Source: Epiperipatus broadwayi
Taxonomy: Eukaryota; Animalia; Onychophora
Direction of reading: 5' to 3'
DNA length: 64,000 nt
NCBI GenBank assembly: GCA_028023455.1
Contig: JAQFVV010000011.1
Span: forward strand, 4,278,001-4,342,000
In this document: piece after piece, positions 24,006 to 36,104 of the stretch
Position numbering within the stretch: the stretch's first letter is position 1
How the letters are laid out: every line of letters starts with the position of its first letter
Made by a program: the position numbers and the translations under genes
Notes under the pieces: model-generated
The model's database searches: none
Told to the model about the DNA's origin: nothing
The model's input: only the letters and a program-made list of their open reading frames with translations

Positions 24006-27000
24006 TTTAATGAGACATTGTTGGACTTTATGAAATTAGAAGAAAAGGTGCAGAGACAATTGATTTAAAAAGTGGAAAAATAACATTGTAGAGATTGATG
24101 ATATATCAGAATGGCAGGATTAGTTATTCAAATTAGTGAAAGATATCAAATGCAGATAATTCAAGTTTATGTCCATTAAGTTCTTTTTGTGATCAAGAAA
24201 TAGAGCATTGTTTCTGGATATACAAAATGCTTTTGATCAGACCAAGCAACATTTTAAAATTGTCGCGGGAAACTTTAATTCTATAATTGGTTAAACGATT
24301 GCAAGATGAAAGTATTCTGGGTAAATTTCATTATAATGATAGAAATAAGAGAGGATACAGACCTGTGAAAAACCCTGTATATTATGGATTCTTTCTTTGA
24401 AAAAAAAAGATAAATAGATCTGAAAGGCCAAATGAAAATGCAGTAAAATTGGATTATATTTTGACTAGCAGTAAATAAATATTTTAAGATTGTAATGTTC
24501 TTAATAGATTCAAACTAGAAATGATCATCAATTAGTGCAATACCAGGTGCATATTAAAGCAGAATTAGAGATGGAAATTATAAAAAAAAAAAAAACATAA
24601 TTAGCATGTGAAATTCCGAATCTTCGGAAACACTCCGATGAATTTACATTGGAACTTACAAAACATTTTAAAATATTAACAGACTTTGAAGATGGTTCAG
24701 ACTTGATTGATATCAACAAGAAGATAGCTGATAACAAAAGCAACAATTTACAGTAAATTTTCTATTGAGACAAGTTTCTGAATAAAAGAAGAAATATGAA
24801 AATATAGAAAAATGATTCCTTAAGAAGAATTGAATATCTAAATTTGTAAAATGATACAAAAAAAAAAACAATTAATAGTGATATGGGATAATATAATTGT
24901 GAATTGGCAAGGAAAGCTATAGAAGAGAACAAAAGTTTCAAAAATGTAAAATAATGTCTTGGTGTTGGAAGGAAAGTTGTTTCTGCAATAATAGAAAAGT
25001 TAGAATTATTGCTAAAAAGAGAGATGATATCATGGAGTTTTTGAAGAAATCTAAAAATAGTTATTTAGTAAGATAGGTCTAGAAAACCAAGTATTTCTAC
25101 AATTATTACATCTTCTGAATTGTCCAGCATTTTAAAATAAGACATACAATTAAATCTTTTAAGAAAGGAAAAGCTCTAGGAAATGATAGAATTATTATTG
25201 ATATTTTTTTAAAAAAAGCAAATGAAGAAAGAGGGAAATTGTTGGCAAAGTTATATATCAAATATCTAAATGATAAAGCTGTACCCAATAATTCAAAGAA
25301 TGCAATAAGTAATATTGATATTTAAGAAAGGTAATAAAGACAGTAGTGTTGATTCTATACCAATTTTACCAGTATAATTATAACTCGTGAATACTAAACT
25401 TTGAATTCTAACCAACTAAAAGATTAAGCTAGATTTAAAAGTTGTTTTAGCGAAATGAATCACTTTCAGTTATTGAGTGAATGTGAGTTGCCATTATGCT
25501 TTGGCTTAGTAGATTACGAAAAGATATTTGATTCTATTAGCATATCCAGTGATTAAAATTAGATTATCAAGATATAAACCCAGGATATTGTCATAGGAAA
25601 AATATTTATCAAGATATAATAACAGTGATTAGATTACATAGTGACGTTAAGATTAGCATTGATAAGGGTATATGACACAGTGATTTCATATCTTCAAAAT
25701 TGTTTACAATACCTATGAGAATAAAAGTAAATGGAGAATTATTTAAGTCATTTAGGTTTTGCAGATGATTGGATTGTTTTTGTATATAGAGTTTCTGGAA
25801 ATAAGAATCATCAGATAAAAATAAGAAAATATGACTAAAGATAAATGCTAAAAAGACTAAAGTAATATTCAATGGATTTTCTCAGTAGATAATAACGATT
25901 GGTAATTGTGAATTACAACTATCTTGATTAGATTATTAATGCAGATGGAAAGATAATGGATGAAAAATAATCATAGAATTAAACTTAGATGAAGAGCTTT
26001 TGGTATAAATAACTATTAAAAGGAAATATACCTATATGTTTGAATAGATGTGTTTTATGATATGAGACTTGGACACTTAGCAGAAGAGTAATACAGAGAC
26101 TTCAGATTGTTCAATGAAGTATGGAGAGATATATGTTAGAAATAACAAGAAGAGATTTAAAATGAACATCATGAGTGAAAGAACAAACAAGTATCACTGA
26201 CCTCACTAAAAGAATTATAAGACTGAAATGGAACTGGTCTGGACATATTGCTAAAAGAGATTATAATAGATGTATAGATAATGTACCCCAAGAAATTGTA
26301 AAAGGTATGGAAAGAGGCCACATGTGAGGTGGATGGATGTAATAACGGAAGTGTGTTGTTGAGAATAGAGGTTAGAGATAGGCGAAACTGGATTAAATTC
26401 GGAGAGACCTTCATTCTACAGCGGATTGATGTTTGAAAATATATTTATATGTAAAATATATATAATAATGGTTTTATATTTAGCTCTTTTATGCTATTGT
26501 TTTTTGTTTGTTTTTTGAAAGTTTAAATTATGTATATTTGCATTAATATTTAGAACATTGTATATTAAAATGAAATGTAAAATAAAATTATATACAAAGA
26601 GAACAATGTTGTTAAAAAAAAAAAAGATGTTCTTTTTATAAACTTTAAAATTTTGTTACCCAATATCTGATGAACATTATCTTATGAGATTCACTACGGG
26701 ATAAAATTTGTCTTTATTTAGGTTAGAGAATGTTGATACATAAATCGGCAATACTTATTGTTTTATCATTGTACTGCTCAATCAATCATAAATAATTGAA
26801 ACTTTTTTAAATTGCTATCAAATGGAATTAAAAACTATTGTTAAAACAATTTGAGAAACAAGACAGTTGCTATATTTGTTGGTAAACTAGAAAAATTTCC
26901 TATATTGTATGTTGAAAACAATGAGTAATGCCATATTGGAGGAAGGCAGTTATGAATTGAGGATTGCTGGAAAAAATAATATCCTTTTTTTATTCTTGTA

Positions 27001-27709
27001 ACTTCATGTTAATAATTTAAAATGGAAAAGTTCTGAAAAATTAAAAACTTAAGAAAAGACTGAAAAGATGAGACTACAACTAAATGTCAAGAAAATAGAG
27101 ATTATATTAAATAGGAAGAGACTTTAAAATCATTGATGCTGGTATTTCTTCGTCATTCCAGAATCTGTAAGTCTTTTAATATAGCTTCTCCCATGCGTAG
27201 TGTGTGTGCATATATATATATCACATGACAATCTGTTATCAAGCAACTCTTATTTAGGAAGCACCTAGTTATTAGCAATTTATGGTATATATATATTAAC
27301 TAATAATAATTTTAAATAAGTCAGCCAATCAATTTACCCATAACAAAACTACGGCTTCATATAAAATTAACATATGTTTATAAAATGATACTAATCTTCA
27401 TCTGCCTTTGAGCAATTGCCACTTTATTAACATAATATACAAACTCTTTTGTTTATATATATCTAACCAAAAACTCAATAAATTTTAAAGCATTAAGTAA
27501 TCATTTTTTTAGGAAACTTATAAACAGAGCCCACTTTCTCATATTGATTGATCATCAAAATATAGCCATCTTTTTTTGTGTGTGAATAAATTTGCTCTAT
27601 GAATACGTTTATATTCTCAGCATTCCACATGATTTTTTTATGGGATTATTGAAATTATTAGGATTTCATTTGTTTTATATATGTACTGTATATTTAAAAA
27701 AAGGTTAGA

Positions 27710-28100
27710 ATATTTTGGACTGTAGTAATTTCCATAAATCTTGATGAAAGTCATTAATGGAAAATAAGAATATTGTTGATGCTTTTGAATTGTGGTAATG
27801 ATGAAGATAAGATTTATAAAGAATTCAGAGACAGTAAGAAAAGAAGCAGTAATATGATCAAGTTGTGATTGAGTTTTTCCTTGAACATCTACAAATAGAT
27901 TGAAATTGTTTATTTTGCAGTCTCAGATAATTCTAACCATTGTAGGGATGCATAATGTTAAGAAAAATTGGGATGTAGAATGGGGTAAGGCCAGCGAGAA
28001 TGTTATGGAATGAATTATTATAACAACGGATATGTTACTGAGAAATCTAAAAATGAAACATATGATGGGGCGCTTTTAAGAAACATCAGAAGTTGATATT
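27710..28100 (+). mobile_element. RTE (BovB-like) 3' fragment, decayed
   Basis: (I/V)DAFELW and IMLRKIGM*NGVRPARMLWNE resemble the RTE C-terminal motifs RIDAFELWCWRR and MLGKIEG.R.RGR.RMRW. Confidence 0.5.
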
Positions 28101-28344
28101 GCTGTGATAGACCTTATCTAATTAATCGATGTAATTGTCACTAGAATCAAATGAAATTTTTTTGTATAGAGACTTGCTGAATGATGAAGCAATAATTCTA
28201 ATCATTATTAGTGGTAGATTCTCTTTTCTGCTATTATTATCAAAATTCACTCTAGCATCTCAACACTTAAAACTATATCTCTGGTCATGCGCTTTTATGA
28301 ATTTACGCACACTCACCCATGAACATTAGATAAAAAGCATAAAT

Positions 28345-28610
28345 GGACCATTAAACATCACATGATCACTATTCTTTATGCTTGCACAAACTATTTTTAC
28401 AGAGGTGAAACTGTCCATAAAGTAGCGCCACGACCATATATGCTTAGAGCTTATATTCTATAAGCCAACCTTTGCTCACCATGCTTTTATCTCTCTTCAG
28501 CTATAGAATGAATAATTTTATACAATTCACTTATAAAGTTATAAATCAGGTCCCACAATAGGTTAAAGCCCTGATCTCTGCACCTTGAGCAAAGATTGGT
28601 TTATATAATG
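28345..28610. mobile_element. Old family A-related fragment with residual inverted arms
   Basis: Tail-like TTAAACATCACATGATCAC...ATGCTTGCAC at ~28350; TATAAGCCAACCTTTGCTCA is inverted as TGAGCAAAGATTGGTTTATA near 28586-28605. Confidence 0.45.
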
Positions 28611-29223
28611 ATAAATTTTAAGGATAAGTAGTCCACTTATACTCTTTAAACTGATGTTGATGGGTGTGCATAAACTCGTAAAAGCATATCGGAGATTTGG
28701 TACCTTTTTATATTATATATGTAGTCAGCGCTATATAAATAGGCTATTTATTAAAGCTATATCATACACGGTAACAAGTTGTTAAATCTTTGAAACAGGT
28801 CTAATTGAGCATTTCTATTGAATTTTTTCTGTTATTATTTTAAAATCTTTGCATTTTCTTTATCATTTGTTTGGCATCTAAATCATTTTTTAATGATGCT
28901 TATACTTTTTATATTCATATATGACTATAACATTTATTTAAATACCAGCGGTTTTTACGATTTTTTTATTTGAATACTGTTTGTTTTAAAAGTTTGTGTA
29001 TGTATTTAAAAATGTTAACACAATTATTTTTATTATTATAATTTTCAAAGGATTGCTTTTAAATAAAATATTAAAAAAATGGGTCAGCATATGTTTCTAA
29101 CTGTAGCATATGAACAGCAAACTGATAAAATTTGTATTGAACATTTAACCATTCTTTGCACTTTAATATTATGTATTAGAATGTAATTGTTCAATTAAAT
29201 TTATTATTGTTTTACATTTTTAG

Positions 29224-29392
29224 GTACTGGTACATTTGGTCGGGTTGTTCTGTGTAGAGATAAAAAAATAAAGCAATATTATGCTATGAAAATTTTAACA
29301 ATGGCAGATGTTATACGGTTAAAACAAGTAGAACATGTAAAAAATGAAAAAAATATTCTTAAAAAACTCCGGCATCCCTTCATTGTATCTAT
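29224..29392 (+). CDS. PRKX: PRKX/Pka-C3-type protein kinase, coding exon (169 bp; Gly-rich loop to subdomain IV)
   Basis: tag|GT acceptor after a pyrimidine tract; (G)TGTFGRVVLCRDKKIKQYYAMKILTMADVIRLKQVEHVKNEKNILKKLRHPFIVS(M); AT|gtaagt donor; phase matches the next exon. Confidence 0.97.
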
Positions 29393-29474
29393 GTAAGTTT
29401 TGCTACATTTTTGATTTAAATTATTAATTTCAAATAAACTAAATTATTATTTTATTTTTTTTTTAACTTTTCAG

Positions 29475-29738
29475 GTACTGGTCTTACCATGATTCTTCAT
29501 GTTTATATATGCTGTTTGAATTTATATGTGGTGGTGAACTTTTTTCTTTTCTTAGAAACGCTGGTCGTTTCAATAATGCAACTGGTAATTTTTATGCTAC
29601 TGAAATTGTTTTAGCTTTAGAATACTTACATCAGGAATCTATAGTATATAGAGATTTGAAACCAGAAAATTTGCTTTTGGACAGAGAAGGTCATATACGA
29701 ATAACAGATTTTGGTTTTGCAAAAGAGTTAGATGACAG
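29475..29738 (+). CDS. PRKX: PRKX/Pka-C3-type kinase, coding exon (264 bp; catalytic loop and DFG)
   Basis: cag|G acceptor after an 82-bp intron; [32 protein letters not shown]...[32 protein letters not shown](R); AG|gtaagg donor. [11 protein letters not shown] is PRKX-like, not PKA-C1-like (MFSHLR). Confidence 0.97.
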
Positions 29739-29889
29739 GTAAGGATATCATTTCCTGCTGTTTTTATTTTTATGTTGCAGCCAAAAATACAATTTTTGTT
29801 ACTTTTTAAGAAGATTATAAATATTTTATTTCATGTTTTCATAAATTATTTATGTAAACTTTGAATGAGATTTTTTTTTAAAAAAAAAA

Positions 29890-30560
29890 CAGCCTACATA
29901 TCCAATGTTATAGATATAACAGACAACATGTCTTGATTTAAAAATAATAACAATGGATGTAGTTGTTGGTGAACTAGATGAATTATGGATGGAATTGAAA
30001 GAACTAATTTAAAGAATCTGAGAAATGTTGGACAATGGGAGCTGCATAGAAACATGAAACTAAAATTAAAATCAATAAAAATCACGTTAGGAACTTGTAC
30101 AGGAAATCAAGAGAGCACTAGGGGAAGATAAAGAACAGTATTATAACATTTGCAGATTATTGTCAAAATAATAAATATTGAAACAGAAATATCCAAAGAT
30201 GTCACCACAATGCTTGGTATCGTTTATTTTAGGGGAATTCTTAATGATAGAAGATATATTCAGATTAGTCTTGAAATTAATGTCTTAAACTAATGTCAAG
30301 TGAATTGTTGGTATTATATCAGTAATTCTACAGAAAATAAGGAATCATGAAACATGTGAACCAAATTTTACTATTTGGTCTGAAAAATGATTTGATGATC
30401 TACAGATTTGAAGAAATAGCTTGCCATATTATAAATCTTGACACTGTGAAAGCCAAAATATATTATATGCAAGCAAGATCTCTGAAAATCACTAAGCTCG
30501 GATTAGGTATTGGAACACCTTTACAAACAAGCTGTATTAAGCAAAAGTTGTGAAACAAGA
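29890..30560 (+). mobile_element. Decayed RTE-like LINE fragment (inter-domain region)
   Basis: Purine-rich broken frames DELWMELKELI and QEIKRALGEDKEQYYN resemble the RTE region between APE and RT. Confidence 0.45.
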
Positions 30561-30767
30561 GTCATCGTTGATTACTTTCTTTAGATGTGCTTTAAACTGG
30601 CTCAATAAATTCATTGATTCAATTGACCATACTAAATCACCACAAGTTTTTATATATACTTTGTCAGTTCAAAAATAAAGCTTATCTTCTGTTTTTAATT
30701 AAAAGTTATTTAATTGAAAATAAGATTATATTACAAAATGCTGATTATTTGAATGACATTTATTATT

Positions 30768-31085
30768 AATAAAATAGAAATCCATACTAGTCAAAAAAAA
30801 ATTTTTTTTTACCACAACCATGGTTTCACCTCTTAACAAATAGACCTTTTCAAGTGAAGTTCAGCCACTTCAAAAATCAACTTCCTTTAACATCAAAGAA
30901 TGTCTTCATGAGATTGATGATCTCAGATTCAAAAAATTTTATCACCAAAGTTTTTTTTACTCTTCTTCTCAATTCACTTTTTTTATAAAATAATTTTAGT
31001 AAAATTTTGTTTTTTTGGTTAGTATTGTAATGTTATATGAATTTCTATTTTATTTATAATTAGTAGTATAGCATTAGGCAGTTAA
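30768..31085. mobile_element. Family B element with long antisense arm and short sense tail arm
   Basis: Aligns to 23229-23460 and 40436-40640; sense tail AGTATTGTAATG.TATATGA.TTTCTATTTTATTTATAATTAGTAGTATAGCATTAGGCAG. Confidence 0.7.
30813..30856 (-). ncRNA. Putative hammerhead variant with U3:A8 core, family B
   Basis: Minus strand reads cac-TTGAAAA-ggtct(atttgttaa)gaggt-GAAAC-CATG-GTT/gtg; palindromic ACCATGGT stem III; stem II is weak in this copy. Confidence 0.5.
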
Positions 31086-32199
31086 TAATATATTTAAAAG
31101 GTGATTTTAAATAAATTTCATTCTTTTGAATTTTCAACAAATACATCAGTTATCTAAGTTATTCTAAGCTAAAAATGGTCTTGGAAATATAACGAGTGAA
31201 TAGACAAATAATACAGATAGCGTCTTGTGCATTTTGTGCAATGATCTGACTTGGTTTCTGGATTGAAGCTCAGTTTATCACTGTTAGTGTTTGAATGTCA
31301 TGTGACCCACACAATTAATCATTTAATTATATGTAATTACTTATCAATTTTCTTTTGAAACAATTTTAAATTGAAATAAATTATTATTATGATCCAATAG
31401 TATTTAACATTTCTAATTTGCTGATTTTTATTAAAAATTGTACATTCAAAAAATAGTCTTTTTTTTTCCTTTTGTCAATTAAACATGATATTTTTTGCCA
31501 TTTGCATTAAATCTTTTTTTTTATCTATCAAAACTATAACAAAGTTTAATTTCTATTTTTTGTTAAATAATAAAACAGTTTCAGAAATATATATAATAAT
31601 AAAATATAAAACTGTTGTAATCTTTTTACCTTTTGAATGAAAAAATTTTGTTTGTAAAGAATATATTTAATATTTTGATCACAATTATTTCCATCTTCAG
31701 AATTTATTATTTTTTATTAATTGAACTATAGATCTATTATAGAATAAATCTTATCAATTTTACTAGCAATTAAAATAGTATAGTTTATTCTATAATGGTT
31801 TAATAATTTAAATAATAAATAATAATAATTTTTGTGGTTTCACTGAAACATTAATTGCAATAGAAAGAATAAAAAATTTTAAAAGGAAAAAGGGATAGAA
31901 TTGTATATAGTTATAGTTTATAATTATTTATAAATGGAAAAATGTAAGAGGAGTTTTTTCATACAGGTTTACAAATTGTGTATAATACATATAAACATAT
32001 TTCTGCCATTTTTTTTTCAATACTGAAAATGCGGTTCAATATTTTTTAGTGAATATAAATACTTTAATTGCCACTGCCTTTACATTCAGATCTGATTTTT
32101 AATAAAATAAAAAATAAAATTAGAGTTTGTTTACATAGTAATCTTCAAGTTAAAGTGATTATGCAATTTGTATTCATAGCCTGATAGTAAAACAATGAA

Positions 32200-32430
32200 G
32201 CAAACGATGGCTGCTAGAAGGAAGGCGCATTAGAAAGTCCAGATGTACTGTTTTCCAAGATCCAAAGCCATAAGATAGAAAATAATTTGGGAATATTGGG
32301 TACGACAACATAGGATAGTGATTTATTAGGCAATATCAGCTGGCGTCTTTTAGTTACTGAAATTTACATTAGGTGGCACAGCAGTAGTAAAAGAAAAAGA
32401 ATATGTTGTTGAAGAGTCATATGATTTTTA
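32200..32430 (+). mobile_element. Very old family A-like copy
   Basis: CTGCTAGAAGG..GCGCATTAGA, GATCCAAAGC, GGGAATATTGG and GATAG.GATTT occur in family A order; the HHR is not recognisable. Confidence 0.4.
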
Positions 32431-33579
32431 AAATGATTATTGTACTGAAAATAAGATGCTATTTCAAAATATTTGTAGTAAATGATCTTTTAATATATTT
32501 GAACAAGATCTTTAAAAAAATAATTAGGAAACAACCCCTGTACAATTTTATATATTTTTGGATATGTATATCTATGTAAAATTGGCATTTTAAAGTTATT
32601 AATACCAATTTATGCTTTCATACGTATCGAACTCTGAATATGATTTCAGTTTGAAATGTTTTCAAAAATATTATATATCTAAAATTAAATATATTATTTT
32701 GTTTTAAAATATTTTCAAGTAATGTTTTCCTGAAGGTTTGTGATGATGGTGTTTTAGTTGTGTTTATTGTTTGGCCTATTTCCGTCATCTAATATGAGTA
32801 TTGAATGTATTTAGAAAAAATTAACATTATTTAAATATTCCAAATACATTCAACAGTTAGTAATAGCACATCAAACAAGTTAGTATATGCACAAAGTTTC
32901 AGGAGGTATTCTTCTTCTTTTTTCAAGTGTTGCTGGCCTGACTAGTGACAATACTAGCATAGGAATCGAACCTGGATCCTTAGATTCTTGATTATTGATT
33001 TCTCCACTTTTTCTTTGTAAGAGCAAAATTGATTAGTGGTTCCATACTTTATGTATAGTCACACTAGGTTGACTTATGGGATTGCTTGTCATTGTCATGT
33101 GAGCAGCTTCTTTAAATTTTCTTCTTTGTACTTTTTCTTACAAACTTTCTGGAAACACATCAACAATATATCCTCCCTCATGGCAAAATCAAAACTACAG
33201 TTTACTGAAAACCTACACATACTTCAAAATACTTAGCCTATATATATATCTAATCGCACCATAAACACAAAGCATGGAGTTATATTATCACTATGGAGCA
33301 GAGCAAAAGAAGTTTGTTCAGAAACCAGCAATTTGGAAAAAGATCTATATAGAACAATACTCTTATGAAAAATGGTTATCTGTCAGCTGTTATTAAGAAA
33401 ACCTTAAGTAGACTGCAAGAAGAACCATTGAAAGAAAAAACCAATTATTAGTACTATAGTGTACCCATAGACAAATTAAGGAAAATCTGCAATCAGTTTA
33501 ACATCAGAACAGCATTCCAGGGTCATGCCACTCCACAAGGAGTTCTAACATCTAACTTAAACTTGAAATGCTGAAAAGA

Positions 33580-33890
33580 ACAAATTGCATCTATGAAATA
33601 TCATGTGAATGTGGAAGAACATTTATTGGTGAGACCAGTTGTCTCATTGAAAAGTGTTTGTAAGAACCGAAACTGATGATTAGAAGAGAGAAAACAGATG
33701 TGTCTAAGATAGTAGACCATGTATGTACCAATGAACATATGTTCAATTGAGAAAACACAGAAATATTGGATAGAGAAGAAAAGGTGCAAAGGAGAAAATT
33801 TAAAGAAGCTGCTCACATGACAATGGCAAACAATCCCATAAGTCAATCTAGTGTAACTATACATAATGTATGGAAACCACTAATCAACTT
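33580..33890 (+). pseudogene. Penelope GIY-YIG endonuclease remnant
   Basis: TNCIYEISCECGRTFIGETSCLIEKCL*EPK...SKIVDHVCTNEHMFN*ENTEILDREEKVQRRKFKEAAHM...VWKPLI, with two in-frame stops. Confidence 0.9.
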
Positions 33891-33967
33891 TGCTCTTAGG
33901 AAAAAGTGGAGAAATCAGGAGGAACCTCATAGATAAATATATGAAATTTCTACTAGCTGTTGCCTTT

Positions 33968-34050
33968 GGCAGGATGGCTCAATTGGTCAGAGCATTACCT
34001 TAAAATTCAATACTCAAGAATCTAAAGGTCCAGTTTTAATTCCCATGCTA
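33968..34050 (+). other. tRNA-like segment (Leu-UAA-like) within the Penelope 3' region; not a functional tRNA
   Basis: A-box-like TGGCTCAATTGG, loop CTTAAAA, long variable region. The B box is preserved in sister copies (GGTTCGATTCC on the minus strand at ~32961-32972; AGTTCGATTTC at ~18479-18489). Confidence 0.55.
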
Positions 34051-34075
34051 GTACTGTCACTGGCCAGGCCAGCAA

Positions 34076-34119
34076 CATCTGAAGAAGCGGGGAGAGTAAT
34101 ACCTCTCGAAACAGTTATG
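34076..34119 (+). ncRNA. Hammerhead-like motif, family C, in the Penelope 3' region
   Basis: cat-CTGAAGA-agcggg-gagag(taatac)ctctc-GAAAC-A-GTT/atg: intact core, 5-bp stem II, with an atypical 6-nt insertion before stem II. Confidence 0.5.
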
Positions 34120-35271
34120 CAGATACTAACCTGTTCGATGTGCTATTTCTAACAGTTGAATGTATTTGGAATATTTAAATAAAGTTAAATTTTTCTAAAG
34201 ACATTCAATACTCATATTAGATGATGGAAATAGTCTATATAATAAATATAATTTTCGAGTAATAATTATAAACAAAATAAAATCATTAGAAAAAATTACT
34301 TTAACAATTTTTTTTTTTTTTAAATAACTGTCAGACTTGACCCCTCCCCCTGGATATTTCAGTCATACCAACTTATTTAGTCATTTAGAATCTATTTCCA
34401 ATGTACTGGGATAAATGCCTCCACACGAAAATGTTTAAGGTTTATGTTGTCATCCTTTTTATTGTTTTTTTTATTATTATTATTATTTTACAATTATTAT
34501 CATGAATAATTCTAAAAGTTCTTATTTTAAATTGTATAAGAAAATTTGCACTTGGATCAAAATCTTAAAAAATATAAGTGGATATCCATCTAACTTTAGT
34601 AAGTAGCTATAATTGGACTGCAATATATATCAACTTAAAAAAATTTGTTGTTATTTCACGAACATTTTAAGAATACATCCTAATAGAAAAAATAAAAAAT
34701 TTTAAAGAAATGAAATAAATTGTAGCTACATAAAACAAAAATGATTTCAGAATTATTAATAACAAAGTAACATATATTAGCAAACTGAATGAAAGTAATG
34801 TGGGAGTCCAGATTAAAAAAAAATTGATTTGGGTAGTAAAGCCAGTTTTATGCTTCATTAATAACTTAGTGGTGAATATCTTCCAAAGAGAGTTAAAAAT
34901 TAAAACAAAAAACAGATATTCTTGACTGATGTAAAATATAGTCTGAATTGTTTTTATATTTATTGTTTGGATTTGGATAATATCTATGATACGTTTAATA
35001 GATTATGATCATGAAATAATTTTGATAAATTTTGTAAAATAACATTTCTAATATGCAATTTCAGTGGGTTTTCATTCTTTTAATTTATATTTAATTTCGA
35101 AAGGACATTTGCTATTAATTATTTTTTTTGATATAACTGGAAAAAAAAAAAAGTTTGAAAGAATAGAAAGTTTAATAATAGGGTTTCCTTTAAATTCTGT
35201 TTTTGTTGTTTCATTTAATTTGGAACCCAATCTTTTAACTGTTGAAAATATCATAGTCAAACCAATATATA

Positions 35272-36104
35272 CGAGGGGGTACCCAAAAATAACTGGAATC
35301 CTTTTCTGGTGGATATACATGCTTATGCAGTTAGATACCGTTTGCAGGGACCCTTCTGCATCAATCTGCCTAATGAAGTCACTATGTGAAATCGTAGTGC
35401 CATAAAGGACATTCTTTTGTAAAATGTGTTTCATGTATTTATCAGTTTTTGTAATGGCTGAAAAGTTTTTATTTTAGAGAAAATGGCAGGACAAATAGTT
35501 GTAATGCTTGAAATATTTTACAAGCAAATTGCTCCGGGAAAAGCACAAGTTTATAAGTAGTTTAATGTGGAAGTGTCAAATTCACCATATCCCAAAAAAA
35601 GCATGACAAGTGAAGTCCAGTGTCAGGACAATCTTGATTTTTTTTTGGGATGCCAATGACATTGTTCACTCAGAATTCATTCTTAACAATCAGCCATTTA
35701 AAACCTACAAGTTCTGAAGCTTTTGCTTGATGCAGTAAAATATACAAAGTGAGAAATGCATACATCATTACAAAAGTGTGCACAAGCCCTTGAATATGAA
35801 ACAATTTTTAATTAAATTCAGCATAACCCGGCTTATCCATCATCTATATTTACTCAGTTTTATTCCATGTAACTTCTTTTTTATTCTTTCAAAGGAAAAA
35901 ATGTCTCAACGATGAAGAAAAAAAATGACGGAAGTGTTCAAAGGCTTCACTTTGCAAATGATTCCAAACTTATTTGAAAAGTGAAAAACACATTTAGAAC
36001 AGTGCATTGTATTAAATAGACTATACTTTGAAAGGAATTCAATTTGGAACTCTTAAAAATAAATACATATTACGAAATTTCGATTATTTTTGGGCTTCCC
36101 CTCA
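35272..36104 (+). mobile_element. Internally deleted mariner-type DNA transposon
   Basis: TA|CGAGGGGGTACCCAAAAATAACTGGAA...TTTCGATTATTTTTGGGCTTCCCCTCA|TA. Residual transposase motif (RTILIFF.DANDIVHSEFI-like, frameshifted) near 35610-35680. Confidence 0.85.

Larger units (their letters stand above)
23680..26435 (+). mobile_element. Decayed RTE-clade non-LTR retrotransposon (APE endonuclease plus RT)
   Basis: Broken frames give DIVGLYEIRRKG, ILGKFHYNDRNKRG, KLDYILT (APE) and LPLCFGLVDYEKIFDSI, KGI*HSDFISSKLFT, LSHLGFADD, LKWNWSGHIAKR (RT and C-terminus). RTE-like 3' end GGAGAGACCTTCATTCTACAGCGGA. Confidence 0.85.
32770..34240 (+). mobile_element. 5'-truncated Penelope-like element with inverted 5' pLTR
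   Basis: RT C-terminal remnant from ~33140 (FWKHINNISS..KLQFTE), GIY-YIG remnant, then 3' region to ~34240. 32770-33135 is an inverted copy of ~33785-34236 with a ~95-nt deletion. Confidence 0.88.

Noticed and set aside
29509-29742. 77-aa ORF as a stand-alone gene
   Set aside because: It is the internal part of a PRKX exon reading into the intron donor (GACAG|gtaa).
33968-34050. Functional tRNA-Leu gene (also 18414-18495, 9878-9954, 47965-48053)
   Set aside because: Acceptor and T stems are imperfect, copies are diverged and embedded in mobile elements.
35064-35434. Overlapping 113-aa and 120-aa ORFs on opposite strands
   Set aside because: They straddle the mariner left TIR and AT-rich flank; low-complexity translations.
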